A DNA stretch of 64,000 nt from Fidelibacterota bacterium. Its GTDB lineage: Bacteria; Fidelibacterota; Marinisomatia; Marinisomatales; Marinisomataceae. The notes under the pieces were generated by a model. It searched no databases and was not told the DNA's origin. It was given only the letters and a program-made list of their open reading frames with translations. This document shows, piece after piece, positions 29,261 to 39,816 of this stretch; the first letter of the stretch is position 1, and each line of letters opens with the position of its first letter. The DNA lies in contig OZ243041.1 in assembly GCA_965212055.1 (NCBI GenBank), positions 640,001-704,000 of the forward strand. Reading direction: 5' to 3'. A program made the translations under genes and the position numbers.

Positions 29261-30198
29261 TATAAATCTTTTATTTTATCAACCATATCATAGGGTGATT
29301 CGAGTTTAGTATCTTTTGTATTCATTTTCTTAATAAATTTCTTTCTCTTCTCTGTCCAAAAACCTTCAATAATATCATTTTCGATAATATTCTTTACTCT
29401 TCTAGAAAAACGTAACATCTGACGAGATTTTACACTTTCATTCTTGTTTATTGAACTATAAAATTTAATTAATGCATTTGCAAACACTTCAACTCCATCA
29501 CCGGTTTTACAACTGGTTTTAAAAATTGGGATTTGAGAAGCATCTTTCTTTGTTGATGAAATAATATTCTTTATTGATCGTACCATTAAGTTTGCATCTT
29601 CTCTATCATATTTATTCACAACAAATATATCTGCTAATTCTAATATGCCTGCTTTCAATAATTGAATTTCATCCCCTGATTCCGGGACAAATACTAATGC
29701 AGTCAAATCTGTAATCTCAGAAACACTATATTCTGATTGTCCAACTCCAACTGTCTCAATAAAGACAATATCTTTGCCGCTAAAGGCAAGAATATCAGAA
29801 AAATCTTCAGCAAGCTCCGTAATGCCCCCTAATTCAGCACGTGAACCCATACTTCTAACGAATACATCTTTATCATCAATCGCATTCTTTATTCGTACAC
29901 GATCACCCAAAAATGATCCACCTGTAATTGGACTAGAAGGATCAATTGCAATAACACCGACAGATAATTTATTATCTCTCAATACAGGAATAAGCATATT
30001 CATTAATGAGCTTTTACCAGATCCAGGTGGACCTGTGATACCTATTTTTATAGCATTAAGAGAATCTTTAAAAATATGTTTAGATATCTCACGTCTAGAA
30101 AATTTTCCGGTCTCAATTCCAGTCATAAGTTCTGAAATTGATATAAAATCATTTTTCTTTGCCTTTTCTAATATTTTCTCTAATGTTTTTAAAGCCAC
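29260..30198 (-). CDS. meaB: MeaB/ArgK methylmalonyl-CoA mutase-associated GTPase
   Basis: GITGPPGSGKS, DPSSP.TGG..LGDR, ETVGVGQSE, GDEIQ..KAG. GTG start. Confidence 0.9.
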   Translation of the reverse strand: MALKTLEKILEKAKKNDFISISELMTGIETGKFSRREISKHIFKDSLNAIKIGITGPPGSGKSSLMNMLIPVLRDNKLSVGVIAIDPSSPITGGSFLGDRVRIKNAIDDKDVFVRSMGSRAELGGITELAEDFSDILAFSGKDIVFIETVGVGQSEYSVSEITDLTALVFVPESGDEIQLLKAGILELADIFVVNKYDREDANLMVRSIKNIISSTKKDASQIPIFKTSCKTGDGVEVFANALIKFYSSINKNESVKSRQMLRFSRRVKNIIENDIIEGFWTEKRKKFIKKMNTKDTKLESPYDMVDKIKDL

Positions 30199-30251
30199 CT
30201 ACTAATTTAAGTTGTACAATTTTTAAAACAATAATCAAAACTAGAAATTTA

Positions 30252-30280
30252 TTGACATCGATTTCGGAATAAGATAAGTT
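30252..30280 (+). promoter_or_regulatory. Sigma70 promoter of rpsT
   Basis: TTGACA (30252-30257), 17 nt, TAAGTT (30275-30280), followed by GC-rich GCGTACGC. Confidence 0.7.
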
Positions 30281-30293
30281 GCGTACGCAATTT

Positions 30294-30551
30294 ATGGATA
30301 GACATAAACAACAAATAAAACGCGATAGACAAGATTTAAAACGCAGAGAAATTAATTCTCAAAATAAATCTAGAATGAGGACATTAATTAAAAGTGTTCT
30401 TTCTGAAAAAGATGCTAATAAAGCAAAAGATCTATATGGAAGTGCTGTATCTTTTATAGACAAAATGGCTAGCAAAAATCTAATTCATAAAAACAATGCT
30501 GCTAGACAAAAATCAAAAATTACTAATCACTTAAATTCTTTAAGTAAATAA
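30294..30551 (+). CDS. rpsT: 30S ribosomal protein S20
   Basis: N...KSRMRTLIK; IDKMASKNLIHKNNAARQKSK. Start moved to ATG 30294 because the track's TTG overlaps the -10 box. Confidence 0.93.
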   Translation: MDRHKQQIKRDRQDLKRREINSQNKSRMRTLIKSVLSEKDANKAKDLYGSAVSFIDKMASKNLIHKNNAARQKSKITNHLNSLSK

Positions 30552-32021
30552 TTATTTATTACTACGGCCTTGATAATTTGGCGCTTCTTTAATAATGCTC
30601 ACCTCATGCGGATGATTTTCTTTCACACCTGCAGAAGAAATTTGTATAAATTTTTTGTTCTTATGAAATAATTTAAGATTCTTAGCACCACAATACCCCA
30701 TGGATGATTTTAAACCACCAATTAATTGAAAAATTGTATTTTTGACAGGACCTCTAAAAGGTACCATACCTTCGATTCCTTCTGGGACAAGTTTTAACTC
30801 ATCTTTCTCTTGTTGAAAGTACCTATCTCCTCCACCTTCTTTCATTGCAGCCAATGAACCCATACCTCGGTAAGATTTATATCTTCTTCCTTCGTAAACA
30901 ATAGTTTCACCAGGACTTTCATCCATTCCTGCCAGCACACCACCTAACATAACAACATTTGCGCCCGCTGCTAATGATTTCGCAATATCACCGCTAAATC
31001 TTATTCCACCATCTGCCACAATTGGAACATTATGCTTCTTTGCAGCTTCTACACAGTCAATAATAGCAGATAATTGGGGAACACCAACACCTGAAACAAT
31101 TCTTGTTGTACAACTCGAACCAGCACCAATACCAACCTTAACACAATCAGCACCAGCCTTGATTAAATCGATTGTTGCTTCAGCGGTTGCTACATTACCA
31201 GCTATAATTTCTAACTTAGGAAATTTCTTTTTAATCTTTTTTACCAAATCTAAAACATACACCGAATGACCATGTGCAGTATCAACTACAACTGCATCAA
31301 TTTCAACCTTAACAAGGGCAGATATTCTTTCGCTCCAGTCCTCTCTAACGCTTACTGCGGCTGCAACACGTAGTCTTCCCTTTTTATCTTTCGAAGAGTG
31401 AGGAAATTCTTCTTTCTTCGTAATATCTTTTACAGTAATAAGGCCAGCTAAATTCTTTTTACTATCAACAACCAACAAACGTTCAATACGATGTTTTTGT
31501 AAAATTGATTTTGCTTTTTCGTTCGTTGTATCTGGCTTAACAGTAACAAGATTTTTAGAAGTCATTCGATCTTTTACTAACACATCTAAATCTTGTTCAA
31601 ACCTAATATCTCTTTTTGTGATTATTCCGACTAATTTATTGTTTGAAAGAACTGGCAATCCACCAATAGAGTATTGTTCCATTAGTTGTTTTGCATCTCG
31701 AATTGATTTGTTCTTATCCAACGTAATTGGATTGGTAATCATACCGCTTTCATACCGCTTTACCTTATCAACCATTAATGCCTGTTCTTCAATGGTTAGA
31801 TTCTTATGTATGACTCCAATGCCTCCTTGTCTAGCAAGAGCAATGGCCATCTTTGATTCAGTCACAGTATCCATTGCTGCACTCATAACTGGAATATTTA
31901 ACTTAATATTTTTTGTTAAAAATGTGGAACAATCAACTTCTTTTGGAAGCACAGACGATTTTTGAGGTACTAATAGTACATCATCAAACGTTAGAGTTTT
32001 TTTAATAGTGTTTTTAGCCAT
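30552..32021 (-). CDS. guaB: IMP dehydrogenase
   Basis: LTFDDVLL, SAAMDTVT, two CBS domains, GIGAGSSCTTR, YRGMGS, PEGIEG. Start at ATG 32021 with GGAG RBS. Confidence 0.97.
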   Translation of the reverse strand: MAKNTIKKTLTFDDVLLVPQKSSVLPKEVDCSTFLTKNIKLNIPVMSAAMDTVTESKMAIALARQGGIGVIHKNLTIEEQALMVDKVKRYESGMITNPITLDKNKSIRDAKQLMEQYSIGGLPVLSNNKLVGIITKRDIRFEQDLDVLVKDRMTSKNLVTVKPDTTNEKAKSILQKHRIERLLVVDSKKNLAGLITVKDITKKEEFPHSSKDKKGRLRVAAAVSVREDWSERISALVKVEIDAVVVDTAHGHSVYVLDLVKKIKKKFPKLEIIAGNVATAEATIDLIKAGADCVKVGIGAGSSCTTRIVSGVGVPQLSAIIDCVEAAKKHNVPIVADGGIRFSGDIAKSLAAGANVVMLGGVLAGMDESPGETIVYEGRRYKSYRGMGSLAAMKEGGGDRYFQQEKDELKLVPEGIEGMVPFRGPVKNTIFQLIGGLKSSMGYCGAKNLKLFHKNKKFIQISSAGVKENHPHEVSIIKEAPNYQGRSNK

Positions 32022-32141
32022 GTGAAACTCCGAGCGCAAAATGTCGAATAGTTAGTAAAAATAACTTTTTAGAACAAAAAGTTTTTGTTGTGGTCAACAT
32101 TGGACAATTTAACAAAAAAGATAAAAAAATCCATCAGATTA

Positions 32142-32900
32142 TTAATTGCTATCGAATTTTAACCAATTATATTTTTCGTTCGATGTAAAATAATAATAAG
32201 AGTGAAAGAATAGGAAATATCCAAGACCAATTAACCCAAACCATAATTCTTTTGTAAATAAAAATATAAACAGAATTAATAACAGATATTTTTGGGCATA
32301 ATGAAGATATTGTTCTGATTTTGCTATTAACGCAACTACTAAGAATGGCAAATAAACCATTGTAGCAGTAGATACAATAGGTTCATCTTGGCGTAAGGAT
32401 AGAATGAGAGCTACAATAGTTAATAGAATAGATATAATCTTAATTTGCATACTACTTGAACGATATAATAAATATAATACTAAGATTAATAATGCCAATG
32501 GAAACATCATTCGACCAAATATCATTACATCAATAAGTGAATAAATTGATAAAAATAATAAAAAATTGGTTTGAGAATCCATTTTGACAATTCGGAATAA
32601 ACCAAAAGATTCAAATCTTTTCATTAGCCAAAGAAGGACTATAGAATGAATAAGAATATTAAAAACACCAATCAAATCTTCTCTAATCATTGAAAATAAA
32701 TAATCTCTATTTAAATCAATCTCCATAAATCGATAAACTGCTATATCATAAGATTTGATTAAGTAATGTTGGAAAGCAAACATTATCCACATTGGAAAAA
32801 ACATTTCAAAACGATTCAGTGAATCTGTATCAATTTTCTTAAATAAGTTACGAAGTAATTGATATTGATTTGATTCGACTGGAAAAATTCTTTTAATCAT
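32142..32900 (-). CDS. Hypothetical multi-pass membrane protein
   Basis: Many hydrophobic segments; overlaps the upstream transporter stop. Confidence 0.7.
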   Translation of the reverse strand: MIKRIFPVESNQYQLLRNLFKKIDTDSLNRFEMFFPMWIMFAFQHYLIKSYDIAVYRFMEIDLNRDYLFSMIREDLIGVFNILIHSIVLLWLMKRFESFGLFRIVKMDSQTNFLLFLSIYSLIDVMIFGRMMFPLALLILVLYLLYRSSSMQIKIISILLTIVALILSLRQDEPIVSTATMVYLPFLVVALIAKSEQYLHYAQKYLLLILFIFLFTKELWFGLIGLGYFLFFHSYYYFTSNEKYNWLKFDSN

Positions 32901-34359
32901 CTAGAACTTCTTCTACAGGAGCAACTTCCTGTTCAACCGGTATTTCTTCTTTAGGTGGATCTGTTTTTAATCCTTCTGAAACGGCATAAAATAAAACAAA
33001 AATGATTAGAACCGGACTTAAGAATTTTATTAAAAACCCAAAAATTGATTTATTTGATGATGATTTAAGAATTGAATTGCTAAAATAGACTGATGGCGAA
33101 TTTCCCTTTAATAGTTTTTTGACAACATTATCAATACCCCAAACATATCCTGCAAAAACAGCAATAAAGAATCCACCAAGAGGCAACAATAGATTAGAAG
33201 CAAGAAAATCTGCTACATCAAAGAAAGTAAATCCTTTGTCTTGAACAAAGAGTTTTACGTCTTCAAGTGCATTAAAAGATAATGCACATGGAATGGCAGC
33301 ACAATAAACTAATATACCCATAATCAAAGTTGCTTTTTTTCTAGAATATTTAAACTCATCTACAAGATAAGCAACACTAACTTCTAAAATGGAAATTGCA
33401 GAAGTAATTGCTGCTATTGTTAACAATACGAAAAAGGAAATTCCAAAAAAGTATGCTCCGGGGAGTTTTGCAAGCGATGTCGTTAAGACGTTAAATATTA
33501 ATCCAGGACCTCCAGCAGGTTCACCGCCAGCTGAAAATACAACGGTGAAGATAGCTACGCCTGCTAAAATAGCAATGAATGTGTCAAGAAATACTATGAT
33601 GTAAGACGCATTGACAATATCATCTTTATTAGACAAATAACTTCCGTAAGTCATCATAGCACCCATACCTAGACTTAATGTAAAAAAAGCATGTCCAAGT
33701 GCTTTTAGAAAAGTTTCTCCATTAACCGCTGACCAATCTGGGTTAAATAGAAATGATACTCCTTTGTTTGCACCATCTAGCATTAAACCTTGAGCTGCTA
33801 AAATGATTAAAATTAACAACAAAGTTGGCATTAAGAATTTACTTGCTTTCTCTAGTCCAGATTTGACACCCAATAGTATGATACCAACTACCATGAGAAA
33901 GAATGCTGTATGATATCCTATTATCCATTTAACATTACTAACACTTTCTCCAAAAAACTTCTCAGAAATCTCAAGAGTTTCGAAAGTAGAAAAAGTTCCT
34001 TTGAATGCTTCTATAGTATAGCCTAGAGACCATCCGCCAACAACGCTATAAAACGATAAAATTGTAAAACTAGCTAATACCCCTAATGCGCCTGCATATT
34101 TCCAAATTGAAGATTTACCTGCTATAGACTTAAATGCTCCAACAGGGTTTTTCTGTGTTTCTCTACCTAATAATATCTCAACATTAAGTATTGGTAACCC
34201 AATAGCCACAATACAAATAAGATAAATAAATAAAAAAGCTGCTCCGCCATTCTCTCCTGCGATATAAGGAAATTTCCAAATATTACCTAATCCAACAGCT
34301 GAACCAGCAGCAGCCAATATAAAACCTGTTCTTGAACCCCATTGTTCTCTATTGTTCAT
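32893..34359 (-). CDS. Sodium-dependent transporter, NSS/SNF family
   Basis: REQWGSR.GFILAAAGSAVGLGNIWKFPY; FFTLSLG. Start moved to ATG 34359. Confidence 0.93.
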   Translation of the reverse strand: MNNREQWGSRTGFILAAAGSAVGLGNIWKFPYIAGENGGAAFLFIYLICIVAIGLPILNVEILLGRETQKNPVGAFKSIAGKSSIWKYAGALGVLASFTILSFYSVVGGWSLGYTIEAFKGTFSTFETLEISEKFFGESVSNVKWIIGYHTAFFLMVVGIILLGVKSGLEKASKFLMPTLLLILIILAAQGLMLDGANKGVSFLFNPDWSAVNGETFLKALGHAFFTLSLGMGAMMTYGSYLSNKDDIVNASYIIVFLDTFIAILAGVAIFTVVFSAGGEPAGGPGLIFNVLTTSLAKLPGAYFFGISFFVLLTIAAITSAISILEVSVAYLVDEFKYSRKKATLIMGILVYCAAIPCALSFNALEDVKLFVQDKGFTFFDVADFLASNLLLPLGGFFIAVFAGYVWGIDNVVKKLLKGNSPSVYFSNSILKSSSNKSIFGFLIKFLSPVLIIFVLFYAVSEGLKTDPPKEEIPVEQEVAPVEEVLDD

Positions 34360-34783
34360 CGCTATCTTCTTCCTTTGTTGGATCATTCTCTTTGACAATT
34401 CTGTCAAAGTCATCTAAATGCGCTTCAACAACCGCATCTAGAATCCCGTAAAAATACAAACCTATAGCAATCCATGCAAATCGATTTCTTTCTCGTAAAT
34501 AATAATTGCGAGAATGTTTATCTGATTCTTCATAATTACTATACTTTTCTCTATTCTCATTAAAGCTCCATAAAGCCAATATTTCCCCAGCTATTAATAC
34601 ATATCCTTTTATGTTCTGATCATTATATATCTGACCAGCACCAGGAAAAATTAAAGAACGTTTCATCGCAGTTCTTGGATCTTTTAATTGCTCACCTTCA
34701 GAACGAAAATCCATTTTCTTTTGAGGAAATACAACCGAACTAATAAAACAAACAAAAATTAATGTTCTAATTACCCTAGACAT
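34349..34783 (-). CDS. DUF5683-family protein
   Basis: P..A..RSLIFPGAGQIYN; ILDAVVEAHL. Confidence 0.75.
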   Translation of the reverse strand: MSRVIRTLIFVCFISSVVFPQKKMDFRSEGEQLKDPRTAMKRSLIFPGAGQIYNDQNIKGYVLIAGEILALWSFNENREKYSNYEESDKHSRNYYLRERNRFAWIAIGLYFYGILDAVVEAHLDDFDRIVKENDPTKEEDSDEQ

Positions 34784-35142
34784 TCAATTTCTACCCTAGC
34801 ACCCATTGGTAAAGCTGAAACTTGAATCGTTGAACGTGACGGATATTCGTTTTTTATTCTTTTCTCAATCTCGCTATTAATTAAAGGAGTATAACTTAAA
34901 TCAGTAACAAAAACGGTGAATTTTTTAACATCGTTTAAGTCTTTATTGTTATCCGATAAAACAGCCTCAATATTATCAAATACTTGAACAATCTCATCCT
35001 CGATAGTAGCATTATTTAACTTTACTGGATCAGAATTGGGATCAATTGGAATTTGGCCAGCTGTAACCCAACCACCATCCCTACTCAAATGCCTAAACAT
35101 TGAATATGGTCCAACAGGTTTTGGTGCTTTTAATTTATTCAT
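34771..35142 (-). CDS. RidA/YjgF family imine deaminase
   Basis: APKPVGPYS, GQIP, PSRST, LPMGARVEIE. Confidence 0.9.
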   Translation of the reverse strand: MNKLKAPKPVGPYSMFRHLSRDGGWVTAGQIPIDPNSDPVKLNNATIEDEIVQVFDNIEAVLSDNNKDLNDVKKFTVFVTDLSYTPLINSEIEKRIKNEYPSRSTIQVSALPMGARVEIECLG

Positions 35143-35154
35143 TACTATATCCTT

Positions 35155-35583
35155 TTAAAGTTTGCATAAATTTAATGTAGCTAATCCTATATTATCATCA
35201 ATTTCTCTATAAGTTTTCTGATTAAAACTATGTAATATGAATTCTCCGACTGCTCCTACTTTCATCTCAAAAAGATGTCCTCCAAATACCTGCATATTAT
35301 GATCTCCAATGGCAATATGAGCATGAATAAATGGTTGATCATCTTTTAATGCTATATTGCCTTGAAATGAAATTAATTCATGCATATCATCAAATAATTT
35401 ATGGTGATATTTTTTTGCTTTAATATCATATATACCCATATCAATGTTTTTAACAGCTCCTATACCAGAAATTTGACCAGAATGTATATTATGATTGATA
35501 CAAAAATTTGTAAGTGTATCCATCACTTTTTCTTCTTTTTCTACATACACCATATATGAATTATCAATTTGTTGAAATTCCAT
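35155..35583 (-). CDS. PPC/DUF296 domain protein
   Basis: GIGA, ELISFQGNI, HAHI, GGHL. Confidence 0.88.
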   Translation of the reverse strand: MEFQQIDNSYMVYVEKEEKVMDTLTNFCINHNIHSGQISGIGAVKNIDMGIYDIKAKKYHHKLFDDMHELISFQGNIALKDDQPFIHAHIAIGDHNMQVFGGHLFEMKVGAVGEFILHSFNQKTYREIDDNIGLATLNLCKL

Positions 35584-38117
35584 TAAATCTTCTTTAATTC
35601 ATTTTTTATTATTTCATCAATAACAGATTGAATTTGATCTAAAGAAAATTCCGAGGATGTACCAGCCATAGCAAAATTATCTTTACCACCGCCGCCTCCA
35701 CCTAACTTTTCAGCAATACATTGTGCTAGATGACCAGCAGATAATGATTTTTCAATCAAATCCTTCGATACGCTAACTGATATCGTTTTATTTTCATTAA
35801 TAGACGTTGAAAAAACTGCGATACCTGATTTAAACTTTGTATTTAATTTTTTATTTAACTTTTTCAAACCATCAGTTGATTCTAAAGCAACTTCTTCATT
35901 TATGAATGGGACATTATCTAGATGTTTTTGATTCTCAATCATTTTATCAATATCAATAGCATTTAACATATCTGATTGATTTTTTTTCTCAAGCTCCCTC
36001 TTGTCGGAAGCTTCTTGTAAGCGATTAGTAGCATCCATTTTACTTTCAAGATAAGACCCAATATATTGACCAGTAAGAGCATGTATTCTTCGCATCCCAG
36101 ATGCAATAGCTTTGTCTTGTGTTATCATAAATTTATTGATCTCTCCAGTAGCTGAAACATGAGTCCCCCCACATAATTCTTTTGAGAAAGAACCCATAGT
36201 TAATACTCTAACTTTTTCTCCATATTTTTCACCAAATAAAGCCATAGCCCCTTCTTGTTTTGCTTCTTCCAAGGTTTTTATTTCTGTTTTTACCGATATA
36301 TTTTCAGCAATCTTATCATTAACGAGTAAATCAATTGCCTCAATATCTTTCTCAGCAAGTTTATTAGGGTGTGTAAAATCAAATCTCAAATAATCTGGGC
36401 CAACAAGTGATCCTGCTTGATTAATATGAGAACCAAGAATATCTTTTAATGCTTGATGCAATAAGTGTGTAGCAGAATGATTAGCTTTAATATCTTTTCT
36501 TCGTGAAGAATCAATTCTACAATCAACATTAAGATCTTCACTTAATGAACCTCTTTCTAAATCACAAATATGAATTATAGAATCACCACTCTTCTGAGTA
36601 TCAACAACCTTTAAAGAAAAATCTTTATTTTCTATAGAACCTGAATCACCAACTTGTCCTCCAGATTCTGCATAAAAAGGAGTTTTATCTAAAACAACAA
36701 AAACTTGGCTATCCTCATTGCCCCATTTCACTATTTTGCTTTTACTTTCTTCAGAATCATAACCAACAAACTCTGAATGACTCCCTTTATTGTCTAGCAT
36801 CCATTTAACATTGCTTCTATCAAAAGTAAATTTTTGACTACTTTTAGCAAGATCTTTCTGTTTTTGCATCTCTTTGTCAAAACCTTTTTTGTCAACATTC
36901 ATGCCTTGCTCATCTGCCATCAATTCTGTCAAATCCAAAGGAAATCCATAAGTATCATACAATTTAAATGCATCTGAACCGCTTATAGCATCAGAAGAAT
37001 TCTTTACAATTTTTTCAAATTGAATGACTCCTCTTTCAAGAGTAAGAAGGAAAGATTCTTCTTCATTTAATATGGTTTGTTCTATGTGTGTTTGTTTCTC
37101 TTTCAATTCAGGATAAGCGTCAGACATTGTGGAAACAACTGATTGGACCAATTTATATAATATTGGTTCTTTAATATCAAGATTCATTACAAATTTAGAT
37201 GCTCTTCTTAGTACTCTTCTAACAACATAGCCTCTACCTTCATTTGATGGCAATACTCCATCGGCTATAGCAAATGATAGCATTCTAATATGATCGCATA
37301 TAACATTGTATATTACTTCATTGTCGATATATTTTGTTTTCGATATTTTTTCTAAATCTGATATAGTTTCTGAAAATAAATCGGTTTCATAGTTTGAATT
37401 CTTGCCTTGAAGAACAGAACAAATTCTTTCTAGTCCCGCTCCCGTATCAACATGTTTATTGGGCAAATCTTCCAGCGTTCCATCTTTTAATCTATTATTC
37501 TGAATAAATACAAGATTCCACAATTCCCAATAATCAGATGAATTATTGACATGTTTTGCATTTTGATTCTCTAAATCGTCTCCAACATAGTAATGAATTT
37601 CAGAACAAGGACCACATGGACCTGTTTCTGCCATTTCCCAAAAGTTATCTTTCTTTCCACATTTTATAATACGACTTTTATCAATATCAGTCTCTTTCTC
37701 CCATAAACTGTATGCTTCATCATCATCTTTGAAAACTGTAACCCACAGACGAGATTTATCTAACTTCCACACTTCTGTAAATAATTCCCAAGCCCATTGG
37801 ATAGCTTCTTTTTTATAATAATCTCCAAAAGACCAATTACCTAACATTTCGAAAAATGTATGATGGAAACCATCTCTTCCAACTTCTTCTAAGTCATTGT
37901 GTTTTCCACTTACTCTAATACATTTCTGGCTATTTACTACTCTTACATATTTTGGTTTTTCTAAATCAAGAAAAATCGATTTAAACTGATTCATGCCAGC
38001 ATTTGTAAACAACAAAGATTTATCATCATAAGGTAGAACAGGAGCACTTGCAACTTTATGGTGTTTTTTGTTTTCAAAAAATTTTATAAATGATTGTCTA
38101 ATTTTCTTGCTATTCAT
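35583..38117 (-). CDS. alaS: Alanine--tRNA ligase
   Basis: FTNAGMNQFK, HHTFFEMLGNWSFGDY, GPCGPCSE, NHSATHLLH, ELCGGTH, DHHA1 GGGGGK. Confidence 0.97.
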   Translation of the reverse strand: MNSKKIRQSFIKFFENKKHHKVASAPVLPYDDKSLLFTNAGMNQFKSIFLDLEKPKYVRVVNSQKCIRVSGKHNDLEEVGRDGFHHTFFEMLGNWSFGDYYKKEAIQWAWELFTEVWKLDKSRLWVTVFKDDDEAYSLWEKETDIDKSRIIKCGKKDNFWEMAETGPCGPCSEIHYYVGDDLENQNAKHVNNSSDYWELWNLVFIQNNRLKDGTLEDLPNKHVDTGAGLERICSVLQGKNSNYETDLFSETISDLEKISKTKYIDNEVIYNVICDHIRMLSFAIADGVLPSNEGRGYVVRRVLRRASKFVMNLDIKEPILYKLVQSVVSTMSDAYPELKEKQTHIEQTILNEEESFLLTLERGVIQFEKIVKNSSDAISGSDAFKLYDTYGFPLDLTELMADEQGMNVDKKGFDKEMQKQKDLAKSSQKFTFDRSNVKWMLDNKGSHSEFVGYDSEESKSKIVKWGNEDSQVFVVLDKTPFYAESGGQVGDSGSIENKDFSLKVVDTQKSGDSIIHICDLERGSLSEDLNVDCRIDSSRRKDIKANHSATHLLHQALKDILGSHINQAGSLVGPDYLRFDFTHPNKLAEKDIEAIDLLVNDKIAENISVKTEIKTLEEAKQEGAMALFGEKYGEKVRVLTMGSFSKELCGGTHVSATGEINKFMITQDKAIASGMRRIHALTGQYIGSYLESKMDATNRLQEASDKRELEKKNQSDMLNAIDIDKMIENQKHLDNVPFINEEVALESTDGLKKLNKKLNTKFKSGIAVFSTSINENKTISVSVSKDLIEKSLSAGHLAQCIAEKLGGGGGGKDNFAMAGTSSEFSLDQIQSVIDEIIKNELKKI

Positions 38118-38216
38118 TGATAGACTATTTTACGAGAATCTAAACAAATATTATATGAAAAATAATGGAACAATGTTTTTTTAGATTCTGCTCACAAAAA
38201 TTTCATAAATTGCATT

Positions 38217-38813
38217 ATGTTCAGATTGTCTTTAATCTTTTTTCTATTTTGTTCCTTATCATTTGGACAGAATAATACCATAAATGATTTGAGCATTGAT
38301 TCGAGAGAAAATGGAACAATCATTGAATTGCAATCAACAAAAAAAGTAGATCTGAAAAATATTACTGCTTGGTATTCATCAGAATGGTTTTATTTAACTG
38401 TTTATGATGCAAAAAGTGATAGTACAGAATTATTAAATACAGATTTTAGCAACCCAGTTCGAAAAATTGAAGTTGCCAATAGCGAAGAATCTACACAAAT
38501 CGCCTTACAGTTTAATAAATCAATTGAATCGTTTGAGATTATGCCACCATTGAAAAAAGGAGTTTCGCTTATTCTCCGTTTCCCACAAGAAGATATAAAA
38601 AATGACTTAGCCAATACAAATGATCTAGAAGAATTTGCAGAATATAATGAACCAGCTAAGAATAATAAATTCAAAGACAGTCTAAGAAATAAAGGCAATC
38701 CAGCAAATAAACTAATGCCTTTTGTGGGAATGATTGTTGCTGTGAGTGAGATCACTAACCCAGGAGTTTTTCTTGTTGGAACATTAATTGGGTTATCAAG
38801 CTTATTCTTCTAA
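38217..38813 (+). CDS. Hypothetical exported protein (possible AMIN-like beta domain)
   Basis: Signal peptide, beta-rich middle, hydrophobic C-terminus. Confidence 0.65.
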   Translation: MFRLSLIFFLFCSLSFGQNNTINDLSIDSRENGTIIELQSTKKVDLKNITAWYSSEWFYLTVYDAKSDSTELLNTDFSNPVRKIEVANSEESTQIALQFNKSIESFEIMPPLKKGVSLILRFPQEDIKNDLANTNDLEEFAEYNEPAKNNKFKDSLRNKGNPANKLMPFVGMIVAVSEITNPGVFLVGTLIGLSSLFF

Positions 38814-39758
38814 TTAAAGACTAGAAAACTTTTCTGTATACTCCAGAATCTTATCTTTTATTCCTTCTTCAAATATAGAATGTCCGGCATCTGGAATAAT
38901 GTGTAAATCTGCTTCTGGCCATGCTTGATGTAAATCCCATGCTTGTACAACCGGGCAAATAATATCATACCTTCCATGAATGATAACTCCAGGAATATGT
39001 CTAATCTTATCTACATTTTCTATAAGATGATTATTAGAATTAAACCAACAATTGTTCATAAAATAATGGCATTCAATTCTGGCGAATGCCTCCGCAAATT
39101 TTTCGTCTGAAAAATCAGAAATAAAATTTTCATCTTGCATCAGTCTTACAGTACTTCCTTCCCATGTACTCCATGCTTTTGCTGCTTCAATTTTTTTGGA
39201 ATGATCGTCACCAGTCAAAATCTCATAATAAGCTTGCATTAAATTATCTCTTTTCTCAATAGGGATAGGTGCTAAAAAAGATTCCCATCTATCTGGGAAA
39301 ATATTATTAGCTCCTTCCTGATAAAACCAATCTATCTCTTTCTTTCGCACTAAAAAGATTCCCCTAAGAATTAAACCCTTACATGAATTAGGGTAAGTCT
39401 GACTATATGCTAGTGATAATGTACTTCCCCAGCTCCCACCAAAAACAACCCAATCCTCAATAGAAAGGTGATTACGAATCTTTTCAATATCATCTACTAA
39501 ATCCCATGTAGTATTTTCTTTTAATTCTGCAAAAGGAGTGCTTTTTCCACATCCGCGTTGATCAAACATGATAATGCGCCATTTATCTGGATTAAAATAT
39601 CTTCTATATTTTGGATCTACTCCTCCCCCTGGTCCACCATGTAAAAAAATGACAGGTTTACCATTTTTATTTCCTGACTCTTCTACATAGATAGTATGTA
39701 AATCAGAGACTGGTAAATGAAAGGTATTAAAAGGTTCAATATTAGGAAATAATTCCAT
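38814..39758 (-). CDS. pip: Proline iminopeptidase
   Basis: HGGPGG, DQRGCGKS, GGSWGS, GRYD, AGHS. Confidence 0.95.
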   Translation of the reverse strand: MELFPNIEPFNTFHLPVSDLHTIYVEESGNKNGKPVIFLHGGPGGGVDPKYRRYFNPDKWRIIMFDQRGCGKSTPFAELKENTTWDLVDDIEKIRNHLSIEDWVVFGGSWGSTLSLAYSQTYPNSCKGLILRGIFLVRKKEIDWFYQEGANNIFPDRWESFLAPIPIEKRDNLMQAYYEILTGDDHSKKIEAAKAWSTWEGSTVRLMQDENFISDFSDEKFAEAFARIECHYFMNNCWFNSNNHLIENVDKIRHIPGVIIHGRYDIICPVVQAWDLHQAWPEADLHIIPDAGHSIFEEGIKDKILEYTEKFSSL

Positions 39759-39816
39759 AGTAAAATTTAATAATTTATCCTAATATAATGCTCGGAAAAC
39801 ATTGAAAGTTTGAAAA

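Noticed and set aside
32040..32141. Inverted repeats upstream of guaB (AACTTTTT-agaac-AAAAAGTT; TGTTG-tggt-CAACA), considered as a purine riboswitch or operator
   Set aside because: Stems are short or nearly all A/T, there is no purine-riboswitch core, and such repeats are expected by chance at this composition.
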